The notes below the pieces were generated by a model. That model was not told the origin of the DNA. It did no database searches and was given only the letters and a program-made list of their open reading frames with translations. From the NCBI GenBank assembly GCA_963834385.1, contig CAWIBO010000001.1, positions 64,001-128,000 on the forward strand: DNA of 64,000 nt, written 5' to 3'. The position numbers and the translations under genes are program-made. The DNA is from an uncultured Verrucomicrobiae bacterium (GTDB lineage Bacteria; Verrucomicrobiota; Verrucomicrobiia; Chthoniobacterales; UBA10450). Positions 1 to 9,460 of the stretch are shown piece by piece (the stretch's first letter is position 1; each line of letters starts with the position of its first letter).

Positions 1-1
1 G

Positions 2-533
2 CGCGATCCGCGCGCCATTCTTTCGGCCCAGATTGCGCTCGAGAAAACGCGCCGGCTGGGAACGTTCTCCACCTATTACGTCATCAGCCACTGGCGGGCC
101 GCGGCCCGCAACGCCCTCCGCGCGTTCAAAGGGGAACTGCCCTCGGCGACGGTAGTCTTCTACGAGAAACTGGTGCGGGAAACGGCGACGGTGATGGAGG
201 AGGTCTGCCGGTTCCTGGGCGTCTCCCATCGCCCGGAGATCGTGCTGAAACCGACCAAGGCCGGGCGGCACTGGGCCGGCAATTCCGCGGCGGAAACGGA
301 ATTCACCGCCATCGATCCTGCGCCGCTGACCCGCTGGGAGACGGACCTTTCCCTGGATGAAATCGGGTGGGTGGAATGGCATTGCCGCGACCTGATGCCG
401 GCACTGGGTTACACGCCGCGGCTGGCGCGGCGCGAGCTGCGGCATTTTTCCAGGCCGGTGCGCGGGGAGACACCGCGCGAGTACCCTCAAATCGCGGGTC
501 TACTCAGTGCGCGACGCGCTCACCTCGCGTTAA
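2..533 (+). CDS. Sulfotransferase family protein, 5'-truncated by the window edge; one apparent frameshift near 485
   Basis: Frame 2 reads RDPRAILSAQ...FYEKLVRETATVMEEVCRFLG (RDPR and YE-LV sulfotransferase motifs). Removing one C at 484-486 gives ...EYLKSRVYSVRDALTSR* with TAA at 531-533, just before the next gene. Confidence 0.75.
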
Positions 534-539
534 CGAAAT

Positions 540-1351
540 GTGGCGGCGAAATTTCAGCAGCCGGGCCCGCGAACTTTCCGGGGGGACGCGCTCGTGATCT
601 CCATTCCCAAGAGCGGGCGCACCTGGGTGCGCACCTTTCTCTCCGCCTATTTCTGCGAGAAAGCCGGGCGCGAGTTCCAGCTCGATCCCTGGCAGGACGG
701 GAGCGGTCTTCGCCCCCGCATAGTCTTCACCCACGACCTTTTCGAGCACCGGACCAAGGGCGACCGCTGGGACCGGGTCCGGGGCAAGTACCTCGTCCCG
801 GCGGCGGAATTGCGCCGGGCGCGAGTGATCCTGCTCGCGCGCGATCCGCGCGACGCCTTCGTCTCCCATTTCGTGCAACTGGTGCATCGCTCGAGCGACA
901 CGCCGCCCGAGCTGAAAACAACCAGCGCTTCCGCCCTCCTGCGGCACCCCGCCCACGGCATCGTTTCCATTATCCGGATCATGAACGGCTGGTTGAAGGA
1001 GCTGCCTCCGACCACGGGCCACTTTGACCTCGTGCGCTACGAGGATCTGCGGGCTGATCCGCCGGCCCATTTTACGGACTTGCTCCGGGCCCTGGGCGAG
1101 AATGAACCCGCAACCGCCCCTTTTGCCCACGCGCTGGCTTTTTCTGATTTCGAGAACATGAAGCGACTCGAGGCGGGCGGAAAGTTTGACTCGAAAGATC
1201 CTGACCCCGGCCAACCAGGCCGATCCCGAATCGTTCAAGGTGCGGCGAGGCAAAGTGGGAGGGTTCGCGGAGTATCTGACGGAGGAGGATCGTCACTTCG
1301 CCGCGGGCGCGATGGCACGAACTGGATCCCCGCTTCGGCTACGCGCCCTGA
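540..1351 (+). CDS. Sulfotransferase domain protein; two apparent frameshifts (~1194, ~1318)
   Basis: ISIPKSGRTW (5'-PSB loop), RDPRDAFVS, VRYEDL. The C-terminal FKVRRGKVGGFAEYL motif lies in another frame, and the tail ELDPRFGYAP* (TGA 1349-1351) in a third. Confidence 0.8.
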
Positions 1352-1455
1352 GCACGATCTTTTTTTTCGCGAAGCTCGAGGAACGTTTGCCTCGCCTTGC
1401 GAGGCGTCCATATTCAGCGCAAAGGCGCCCTGCTGCCCCCCGCGGCTTCTTCAAC

Positions 1456-3099
1456 ATGCGTGATCAACCTGCGGAATCATCAGTCACTCCTCCGGCGCAA
1501 CTCGAGGGATTGCACCGCGCCATTCTCGAGTCGGCCCTCGATTGCATTATCACGATGGACGCGCAGGGCATTGTGCGCGAGTTCAACCCGGCCGCGGAAA
1601 CGGTGTTCGGTTATCGCCGCGAGGAGGCGGTGGGCCGGGAACTGGCCGAGCTGATCGTCCCGGAGTCGCTCCGCGAGCGGCATCGCCAGGGCCTGGCCCA
1701 TTATCTGAAGACGGGAGAAGGCCCGGTCCTGGGTCGCCGGATCGAGATCACCGCCATTCGTTCCGACGGCACCGAGATCCTGGTGGAACTGGCGATCACG
1801 GCGGTGCGGCTGGAGAACACACCTATTTTCACCGCCTACCTGCGCGAAATCACGGAAAAGGTGCGGGCGGAACGGCGCCGCACCGCGCTCTACCACATCG
1901 CGGGCCTGCTGGCCGGCTCGTGGTCCCTCGGCGAAGCGGCTTCTCGGATCATCCAGACGATCGCGGCCAGCGGGCAATGGGTCTTCGGCTCCATCTGGGC
2001 CCGCGACGATGAAGGCGGGCACCGTTGTGCCGGGACGTGGCACGCCGGGGATGAGGCGCTGGAGAAATTTGCCGAGGTCACGGGCCGCATGCCGCTGGGC
2101 ATCGGACAGGGGGTGCCGGGGCGGGTGATGCGAACGGCGGAGCATCTTTGGCTGGCTGACGTCACCCAGAACGAAACGTTTGTTCGCGCAACGGAGGCTC
2201 GCACCGCCGGTTTGCGCAGCATCTTCGCCTTTCCCCTTTGCGCCAACGGTCAGCCGAATGGCGCCCTCGAGCTGCTGAGCCGCTCGGTCGAATCTCCCGA
2301 CGAAGACCTGCTGCAGATGGTGGAGGCGCTCGGCACCCAGATTGGGCTTTTTATCCATCGCCGCCGAATCGAGAAGGAATTGCAGACGCAGAAGGAGAAG
2401 GCGGAGGCGGCCAATGCGGCCAAGGACAACTTCCTCGCCACGCTCAGCCATGAGCTGCGCACCCCGCTCACCCCCGTGCTGATCTGGGCGGGCGGAATGG
2501 CGCGCCAGGAGGATCTGGCGCCCGAGGTGGCCGAGGGCCTGCGCATGATCTGCCGCAACGTCGAGCTGGAGGCGCGCCTGATTGATGATCTGCTCGACCT
2601 CACCCGGATCACCCGCGGAAAACTCCGGCTGCATCTGCAGGAATCCGACCTGCACGAGGTCATTCGCCATGCCCACGAAATCGTGACGAGCGAACTGGCA
2701 AACGGCGAAATCGAAATTTCACTCGACCTCGAGGCGGCCCGCCACCGCCTGCCGGTCGACGCGACCCGGCTGCAACAGGTCTTTTGGAACATTCTCAAAA
2801 ACGCCTGCAAGTTCACGGATGCCGGCGGCGATGTCGCGGTCCGATCGTGGAACCCCGATGCCCGGACCGTGCGCTTTGAGATCAGCGACAGCGGCGTCGG
2901 GATCGAGCCGCAGCATCTCGGCAAGATCTTCGACGCTTTCGAGCAGGGAGCGGCGCGCCGGGAAGGACTTGGCCTGGGGCTGGCGATCAGCAAAGCCGTG
3001 GTGGAGATGCACGGGGGAAGGATTGCCGCCCACAGCGAAGGCCTCGGGCGGGGGGCCACCTTCATAATCGATCTCCCCATTCCTCCGGCGACGGCTTAA
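1456..3099 (+). CDS. PAS + GAF sensor histidine kinase (cytoplasmic, no receiver domain)
   Basis: PAS (EFNPAAETVFGY), GAF (GQGVPGRV...AFPL), H-box LSHELRTPL, N-box NILKNACKFT, G-boxes DSGVGI and GLGLGLAI. Start taken as ATG 1456. Confidence 0.9.
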   Translation: MRDQPAESSVTPPAQLEGLHRAILESALDCIITMDAQGIVREFNPAAETVFGYRREEAVGRELAELIVPESLRERHRQGLAHYLKTGEGPVLGRRIEITAIRSDGTEILVELAITAVRLENTPIFTAYLREITEKVRAERRRTALYHIAGLLAGSWSLGEAASRIIQTIAASGQWVFGSIWARDDEGGHRCAGTWHAGDEALEKFAEVTGRMPLGIGQGVPGRVMRTAEHLWLADVTQNETFVRATEARTAGLRSIFAFPLCANGQPNGALELLSRSVESPDEDLLQMVEALGTQIGLFIHRRRIEKELQTQKEKAEAANAAKDNFLATLSHELRTPLTPVLIWAGGMARQEDLAPEVAEGLRMICRNVELEARLIDDLLDLTRITRGKLRLHLQESDLHEVIRHAHEIVTSELANGEIEISLDLEAARHRLPVDATRLQQVFWNILKNACKFTDAGGDVAVRSWNPDARTVRFEISDSGVGIEPQHLGKIFDAFEQGAARREGLGLGLAISKAVVEMHGGRIAAHSEGLGRGATFIIDLPIPPATA

Positions 3100-3128
3100 G
3101 CTCGGCCGCCCGTTCCTCCGCTTCTCCC

Positions 3129-4100
3129 ATGCGCCGTTTCATCTCGTGGCTGGTCAGCCTCTCGCTCCTGCTTGCGGTCCATGTCGCCAGCGGGAACGAA
3201 CCGCGGGTAAAGGTGCGTTTCGGTCATTTTCCGAACCTGACCCACGCGCAGGGGGTAATTGCCCATGGCCTGGCGCGGGCAGGGCGCGGCTGGTTCGAGG
3301 AACGCCTGGGGCCGGAGGTCGAGGTGCTTTGGTTCACCTACAACGCCGGGCCTTCCGCGGTGGAAGCCATCTTCGCGGGCTCATTGGATGTCAGTTATAT
3401 CGGGCCGAGCCCGACCCTGAACGCCCACTTTCGATCCTACGGTGAAGAAATGCGGGTGATCGGAGGCGCCATCAACGGCGGAGCCGCGCTGCTCCTGCGC
3501 GCCGGCAGCCCGGTGCAACGGCCCTCCGATTTTCGTGGAAAGCGGATCGTCACACCGCAGCTCGGGAACTCGCAGGACGTTTCCGCCCGCGCCTGGCTGC
3601 GCGCGCATGGCCTGAAGGTCACCCTCACCGGAGGCGATACCCTCGTCGTGCCGACGGCAAACCCCGACCAGCTGGGCCTGATGAAACAGGGCAAGGTGGA
3701 AGGCGCATGGACGGTCGAGCCCTGGGTGACCCGCCTCGAGCAGGAAGCCGGCGCGCGCGTTTTTTTCGAGGAAACGGATGTGATCACGACCTGGCTGGTG
3801 GCGCGGACCGAGTTTGAACGAAACCATCCCGGCCTGGTGCGACAAATCGCCGAGGCCAATCGCGAGCTGACCCGATGGATCCAGGCCAATGAGACCGAGG
3901 CCCGGCGAATCCTGATCGCGGAATTGAAAGAGGAAACGCGCACGGATTTTTCGCCCGAACTCATCGCGCAGGCCTGGCGTCGCCTCCGCTTCACCGAGGA
4001 GGTCTCGGCGGAGCTGCTGGAGAAGTCGGTGCGCGACGCCAACGCGGTCGGACTCGTTCGCGGCCAGACCGACACCTCCCGATTGCTGGTGCGGCCATGA
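3129..4100 (+). CDS. ABC transporter substrate-binding protein, NitT/TauT/SsuA (sulfonate/nitrate) family
   Basis: Signal peptide; GHFPNLTHA, NAGPSAVEAI, YIGPSP, TPQLGNSQDV, WTVEPW; overlaps the next gene (ATGA). Confidence 0.88.
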   Translation: MRRFISWLVSLSLLLAVHVASGNEPRVKVRFGHFPNLTHAQGVIAHGLARAGRGWFEERLGPEVEVLWFTYNAGPSAVEAIFAGSLDVSYIGPSPTLNAHFRSYGEEMRVIGGAINGGAALLLRAGSPVQRPSDFRGKRIVTPQLGNSQDVSARAWLRAHGLKVTLTGGDTLVVPTANPDQLGLMKQGKVEGAWTVEPWVTRLEQEAGARVFFEETDVITTWLVARTEFERNHPGLVRQIAEANRELTRWIQANETEARRILIAELKEETRTDFSPELIAQAWRRLRFTEEVSAELLEKSVRDANAVGLVRGQTDTSRLLVRP

Positions 4101-4927
4101 AATTCCGCGCGAAGACACCGCCGGTGAGCGTGAGCGACGAGCTCGAGGTCATTCCGCCCTCCAAGCTCGCGATCGAGAACGTCTCCAAAAGTTTTCATGC
4201 CTCCAGCGGCCGCGTGCAGGCGCTGGACCGCGTCAGTCTCCAGGTGGCCGAGGGCGAGTTCCTCTGCCTGGTCGGGGCCAGCGGCTGCGGGAAATCGACC
4301 CTGCTGAACATCATTGCCGGCCTGGAAAAGCCGGACACCGGCTCGGTCCAGGCCGACGGCAAACCGATCACGACGCCGGGCCGTGACCGCATGGTGATGT
4401 TCCAGGAATCCGCGCTCTTTCCCTGGCTCGATGTTTTCGGCAACGTCATGTTCGGGCTGCGGCTGAAGCCGGGCCTGAGCAATCGCGACCGGGCGGATGT
4501 GGCCCGCTATTACCTTGAACTGGTGGGGCTGACCCGTTTCGAGCATGCGAACATCCACGAGCTCTCCGGCGGGATGAAACAGCGCGTGGCCCTCGCCCGG
4601 GCCCTCGCGCCGAACCCGCGCGTGCTCCTGATGGACGAGCCGTTTGCCGCGCTCGATGCGCTCACCCGCGAGCAGCTTTACGGCGACATCCAGCGCATCT
4701 GGAAAGCGCGCCGGAAGACCATCGTCTTCGTGACCCACAACGTGCGTGAAGCCGCCTGCCTCGGTGATCGCGTTCTTCTTTTCTCGCCGCATCCCGGGCG
4801 GGTCCATGCCGAGTTCAAGATCGAGCTGCCGCGCCCGCGCGACATCAACAGCGTCGATCTCGCGGCCTACGCCACCCGGATCACCACCGCCTTGAAACAG
4901 GTGACGAGGGAGGAACATGCGCTCTAG
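4097..4927 (+). CDS. ABC transporter ATP-binding protein, NitT/TauT family
   Basis: Walker A GASGCGKST, LSGGMKQR, LLMDEPFAALD, VTHN. Confidence 0.93.
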   Translation: MKFRAKTPPVSVSDELEVIPPSKLAIENVSKSFHASSGRVQALDRVSLQVAEGEFLCLVGASGCGKSTLLNIIAGLEKPDTGSVQADGKPITTPGRDRMVMFQESALFPWLDVFGNVMFGLRLKPGLSNRDRADVARYYLELVGLTRFEHANIHELSGGMKQRVALARALAPNPRVLLMDEPFAALDALTREQLYGDIQRIWKARRKTIVFVTHNVREAACLGDRVLLFSPHPGRVHAEFKIELPRPRDINSVDLAAYATRITTALKQVTREEHAL

Positions 4928-5693
4928 CCTGCTCCGGCCGCTGGCCGCGTTTCTTTTCTTCGGCGCCCTGCTCGTCGCCTGGGAACTGGCCTTCCGTGCC
5001 CGCCTTTGGTCGCCCATCCTGCTCCCTTCGCCTTTCCAGGTGGGCGAATATCTCCGCAGCGCCGCCGCCGACGGCACGCTCTGGGGCGCCATGCTGGTGA
5101 CGTTGCGCCGCCTGTTCGTCGGTTACCTCTGCGGCATCGTCGTTGGTTTGCCGCTCGGTCTTCTCACCTCACGCTGGAACATCCTGCACGACACCATCGG
5201 CACCCTGGCCCTTGGCTTGCAAACTCTCCCGAGCGTCTGCTGGGTTCCACTCGCCCTTCTCTGGTTCGGGCAAACGGAAGCCGCCATGCTTTTCGTCGTG
5301 GTCATGGGCACGGTCTGGTCGGTCGTGATCGCGGTCGACACCGGCGTGCGCAATGTCCCGCCCATTTACCGGCGGGCGGCCCTCACCATGGGCTCGCGCA
5401 ATCTTCACATCTGGCTGCGCGTCATTCTCCCGGCTTCGCTCCCCTTCGTCGTCAGCGGGATGAAGCAGGGCTGGGCCTTCGCCTGGCGCTCGCTCATGGC
5501 CGCGGAAATTTTTGTCACCATCCTGACCGGGTTCGGCCTCGGGCAGCTTCTGCATTACGGGCGCGAACTGAGCGCGATGGACCAGGTCATCGCCATCATG
5601 GTGGTGATCGTGGTCATCGGCCTGCTCGTGGACAAGATCGCCTTCTCGCCGTTCGAGCGTTTCCTGCACCGCCGCTGGGGCCTGACCCGGTAA
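4917..5693 (+). CDS. ABC transporter permease, NitT/TauT family
   Basis: Multiple TM helices; AALTMG (EAA-like) loop, WRSLMAAE, GLGQLL. Confidence 0.92.
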   Translation: MRSSLLRPLAAFLFFGALLVAWELAFRARLWSPILLPSPFQVGEYLRSAAADGTLWGAMLVTLRRLFVGYLCGIVVGLPLGLLTSRWNILHDTIGTLALGLQTLPSVCWVPLALLWFGQTEAAMLFVVVMGTVWSVVIAVDTGVRNVPPIYRRAALTMGSRNLHIWLRVILPASLPFVVSGMKQGWAFAWRSLMAAEIFVTILTGFGLGQLLHYGRELSAMDQVIAIMVVIVVIGLLVDKIAFSPFERFLHRRWGLTR

Positions 5694-5726
5694 GGCCATT
5701 CTCCCGGCACTTTCGTCCCAAGGGAA

Positions 5727-5758
5727 GAGCCGCACTGCGCACACGGCGCAGGCGGCTC
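5727..5758. terminator. GC-rich hairpin between convergent genes (terminator or REP-like)
   Basis: GAGCCGC-A-CTGCGC-acacg-GCGCAG-GCGGCTC; no U-tract. Confidence 0.5.
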
Positions 5759-5780
5759 CAATAATCTCTCCGTTACCTGG

Positions 5781-6113
5781 TTAGTTGGTCAGACTCTCCA
5801 CGCACTTCCAGCAGGTGACGTCAGACTCGAACGACCCCGGGCATTTCACCATGACGCAATCGGTGCCCAGCGCGGCGGTCTCGCCGGCACTGAACCGTTT
5901 CACTTCCTTGCCCTTGGCGTCGAGGACCACAAACGTCCGGCCGGCCGGCACGACCTTGGCCGCGGCTTTCACCTTGGTGGCGGACGTTTTCTTGGCGGCG
6001 GCCTTGGCAGAGGTGGTTTGCGCGGCTTCCGTTTTGACCGTCTCCTCCGAGATGGCCATTTGCAGGCAGACGAGCGACGCGGTGCACAGGCTGATGACGA
6101 TGAGTTTCTTCAT
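5781..6113 (-). CDS. Small secreted hypothetical protein with Ala/Lys-rich linker and a 4-Cys C-terminal domain
   Basis: Signal-like MKKLIVISLCTASLVCLQMA; GAAAGGA SD-like motif upstream; tail DCVMVKCPGSFESDVTCWKC. Confidence 0.75.
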   Translation of the reverse strand: MKKLIVISLCTASLVCLQMAISEETVKTEAAQTTSAKAAAKKTSATKVKAAAKVVPAGRTFVVLDAKGKEVKRFSAGETAALGTDCVMVKCPGSFESDVTCWKCVESLTN

Positions 6114-6275
6114 TTTGTTCCTTTCGTTGCGGTGAGGGAAGCGATCGGCCGTTCACCAGCTTCAACAGGAAGGGCCCTGGGCAATCGCTGCGAGTCCCCA
6201 GCCTATCGGCCGGCGGGAGAAGCAACAAGGTCCAAAGAACCCGACGACGGTTACAAAATCCTCAAATCGAGGAAG

Positions 6276-7160
6276 TTATCGCGTGGGTCGCGCCACGAGA
6301 ATGCCGGTGTGCGACCGATATTTGTTCAGGTAGCTCGACAGGCGCGCTTCCACCAGGACCTTCCCGTAATTGCGCGGAGAAGAGGCGTGCATGAAACAAA
6401 GGACGCCTTTCTCGTTGCGATAAGCCAGGCCGACGTGCGAGGTGGCAAAGCGCCGGCCATCCCGTGAAACGATCCCGATGATGTCGCCATTGCGGAGTTT
6501 GGATTCAATCGCGGGCACCTTGTGCTTCGGGATCTGGCGCAGTCCGCGCCGGGTCACCTCTGCCTCCATCCGCGCGAGCGGCCGCAGGAGCGAGCGCTGA
6601 TTCCGCAGATAACGATAGTTTCTCCAGCCCGCGGTCATCTCCCGCGCCGCGTGCGGCACCCGTTTCCCGCCGAGGCGCCCGGTGAGGTCCTCCACCAACC
6701 CGCGCCGGCTGTTGTCGTAGAGCCAGTCTTCCAGATAATGCAGTCGCGAAAGATATTCGCCGTCGCATTTCCCGTCACGATAACGATCCACTTCGATGTA
6801 GTGCAGCATCCGCCCGGGGGTCCAGTTGGACTCGGGTTCATCGAGCATGCGGGCAAAGGCGAGCGCGATCTCAAAGAAGGTCCAGCAATCCATCGCGTTC
6901 ATGTTCACCGAGGGCGCCTCGATGCGGTCATCAATCTCCAGGGTGTAATTCTTGTAGCGGGTGCCGACGAGGGCGCGTCCCACCGCCGCCGTCCGCTCGC
7001 CGATCGGCAACGAGGCCCAGTTTTCCTGTTTTGCCTCCCTGACCAATTTCGCAAAACGGTCCTGGCCCTTGAAAACCGTCGAGAAGGGAAGCTGCGCCGC
7101 GGGCAGGGCGGCGGAAAGAAGAACGAACAGCGTCACGAAGAGGGGGAATATCTTGCGCAT
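6276..7160 (-). CDS. DUF1460 / N-acetylmuramoyl-L-alanine amidase-like (NlpC/P60 superfamily) secreted protein
   Basis: Signal peptide; MDCWTFFE (catalytic Cys), RLHYLEDW, SHVG, MHASS. Confidence 0.82.
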   Translation of the reverse strand: MRKIFPLFVTLFVLLSAALPAAQLPFSTVFKGQDRFAKLVREAKQENWASLPIGERTAAVGRALVGTRYKNYTLEIDDRIEAPSVNMNAMDCWTFFEIALAFARMLDEPESNWTPGRMLHYIEVDRYRDGKCDGEYLSRLHYLEDWLYDNSRRGLVEDLTGRLGGKRVPHAAREMTAGWRNYRYLRNQRSLLRPLARMEAEVTRRGLRQIPKHKVPAIESKLRNGDIIGIVSRDGRRFATSHVGLAYRNEKGVLCFMHASSPRNYGKVLVEARLSSYLNKYRSHTGILVARPTR

Positions 7161-7265
7161 CGTCCTTCCATATTCTGCGAACTCCGGGTCTGCAACCCGG
7201 TCAGTCCCGTTTCACGGGTCAAATCCGGATGCGCAGACGCCGCGGCAGCGTAATTTCCCGGCGCG

Positions 7266-8449
7266 TGGATGATCTGTTCGAGCAGGAGGAAACCGCCCGG
7301 GTCGCGGAGAAGGTCGCCGAGGCTGCGCCCCTCGCCGCGCGCATGCGACCGCGGGATCTATCCGAAATCATCGGGCAGGAACATATCCTCGCGCCCGGCA
7401 AACTGCTGCGGCGCGCCATTGAGGCCGACCGGCTCCCCTCCGTGATCCTCTCCGGCCCGCCGGGCACCGGCAAAACCACCCTGGCGCAGGTGATAGCGAC
7501 CATGACCCAGGGCCGGTTCGAACGCCTGAGCGGCGTGGAAAGCAATGTGGCCGACATGCGCCGCGTGGTCGCCGCGGCCGCCAATCGTCTCCGCGCTTCC
7601 GGTCAGAAGACGATCCTTTTCGTGGATGAAATTCACCACTTCAACAAGGCCCAGCAGGATATTTTGCTGCCCGACGTGGAAAGCGGAAATCTCCGACTGG
7701 TCGGCGCCACCACTTATAACCCGTTCTTTTATGTGAACAGCGCGCTCGTTTCACGTTCCCAGGTTTTCCGCCTCGAACCACTCGGGGTGGAGCACCTGGA
7801 GGCGCTGATAAAGCGCGCGCTGGCGGACGAGGAACGGGGCCTCGGCCGCCATTCCGTGCGGATGGACCCCGAGGCGCGGCGGCATCTGGCGGAGTTGAGC
7901 GACGGCGATGCCCGCAAATGTCTCAATGCACTCGAGATCGGCGTCCTCACCACCCCGCCCGGCCCGGATGGCGTGATTCCTTTCACCCTGGCGGTGGCGG
8001 AAGAGACCATCCAGCAAAAGGCGATCGTCTACGACCGGGCCGGCGACGCCCACTACGACACCATCAGCGCCTTCATCAAGAGCATGCGCGCCTCCGACGA
8101 AACAGGGGCGCTCTACTGGCTCGCGAAGATGCTGCATGCGGGCGAGGATTTTCGTTTCATTGCCCGCCGGATCGTCATTTTCGCGAGCGAAGACGTCGGC
8201 CTGGCCGAGGTGGAGGCGCTGCCGCTGGCGGTGGCGGCGCAGCAGGCGGTGGAGTTCATCGGCATGCCCGAGGCCCGGATCCCGCTGGCGCATGCGACCG
8301 TTTACATGTGCCGCGCCAGGAAGAGTCGTGAAGCCTACGAAGCACTCAACGCCGTCGCGGAGAAGGTGGAGGAAGAGCAGACGCAACGCGTGCCGGAAAA
8401 GCTCAAGAACAAGAAGTTCCCGGTCAATCCCGGGAGCCCGCCGAAATGA
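7266..8449 (+). CDS. rarA: Replication-associated recombination protein A (AAA+), short C-terminus
   Basis: PLAARMRP, GPPGTGKTT, FVDEIHHFNKAQQD, HYDTISAFIKSMRASD, ASEDVG. Start GTG 7266 chosen (alternative 7229). Confidence 0.93.
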
Positions 8450-9387
8450 GGATTCTCCTCGCGGGCGGCAGCGGACAGGTCGGCACGATCCTGGCCCGTC
8501 ACTTTCACGCCCGCGGTGCGGAAATCACGGTGCTCACACGGCGCGTGGAGCCGGATCTTCCCTGGCCGACCCGGCCCTGGGACGGACGCTCCCCCGGTCC
8601 ATGGACGGACGAGCTGGAGAAAACGGATGTCGTGATCAACCTCGCGGGCCGGAGTGTGAACTGCCGTTACACGGCACGAAATCGCGCCGCCATCATGAAC
8701 TCGCGCCTCGATTCCACCCGCGCCCTCGGAGAGGCGATCGCACGCTCGACCAGGCCGCCCCGCCTCTGGCTCCAGGCGAGCACGGCGACAATCTACGCGC
8801 ATCGCTTCGACGCTCCCAACGATGAGGAGACCGGGATCCTCGGCGGCAACGAACCGGAAGCTCCGGCCTCGTGGCGTTTCAGTATTGAGGTGGCGAAGAA
8901 CTGGGAACTCGCCTGCGAAAACGCGGCCACTCCCGCCACCCGGAAGGTGCTGATGCGGTCGGCCATGATCATGAGCCCGGATCGCGGCGGAATTTTCGAC
9001 CTGCTGCTCAACATGGTCCGGCTTCGCCTGGGAGGTTCGGCCGGTTCCGGGGACCAGTTTGTGTCCTGGATTCACCAGCGCGACTTCATCCGTGCGGTTG
9101 ACCTGCTGATCGACGACGAGAGCTTTTCCGGGCCCGTGAACCTGGCCGCGCCGAACCCGCTGCCTTACCGGGAGTTCATGCGGGAGCTCCGGGAAGCCGC
9201 CGGGGTGTCGCTGGGTCTGCCAGCGACCAGGCTCATGCTGGAGATTGGCGCCTTTTTCCTGCGCACGGAAACGGAGCTGGTTCTCAAATCGCGGCGGGTC
9301 GTTCCCCGGCGCCTGCTCGAATCAGGTTTCGCCTTCGACTTTCCCGAATGGAGAAACGCGGCCCGCGATCTTTGCCAGCATCGGTAG
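8446..9387 (+). CDS. TIGR01777/YfcH-family NAD-dependent epimerase (DUF1731 tail)
   Basis: GGSGQVG Rossmann motif, VINLAG, SRLDST, SWIH, LKSRRVVPRRL. Confidence 0.9.
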   Translation: MRILLAGGSGQVGTILARHFHARGAEITVLTRRVEPDLPWPTRPWDGRSPGPWTDELEKTDVVINLAGRSVNCRYTARNRAAIMNSRLDSTRALGEAIARSTRPPRLWLQASTATIYAHRFDAPNDEETGILGGNEPEAPASWRFSIEVAKNWELACENAATPATRKVLMRSAMIMSPDRGGIFDLLLNMVRLRLGGSAGSGDQFVSWIHQRDFIRAVDLLIDDESFSGPVNLAAPNPLPYREFMRELREAAGVSLGLPATRLMLEIGAFFLRTETELVLKSRRVVPRRLLESGFAFDFPEWRNAARDLCQHR

Positions 9388-9460
9388 TCGTCGGCTTTCA
9401 CCTCGTCGGTCGGGCGCGGCTCCGCCTTGTGCGCTTCCCGTCCCTGCATTAATCGGCTCC

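Noticed and set aside
173..1027. 284-aa ORF overlapping the second sulfotransferase
   Set aside because: Read-through caused by the extra base at ~485; the tail is out-of-frame, low-complexity sequence.
1186..1455. Apparent sulfotransferase-tail fusion to the histidine kinase (ORF 1186..3099)
   Set aside because: Produced by the frameshifts at ~1194 and ~1318; the kinase has its own ATG at 1456.
7184..7220. Two short hairpins between the DUF1460 gene and rarA; GTCCCG-N5-CGGGTC resembles the exporter operator
   Set aside because: Different spacing, no sigma54 box nearby, no riboswitch consensus; short GC stems are common by chance.
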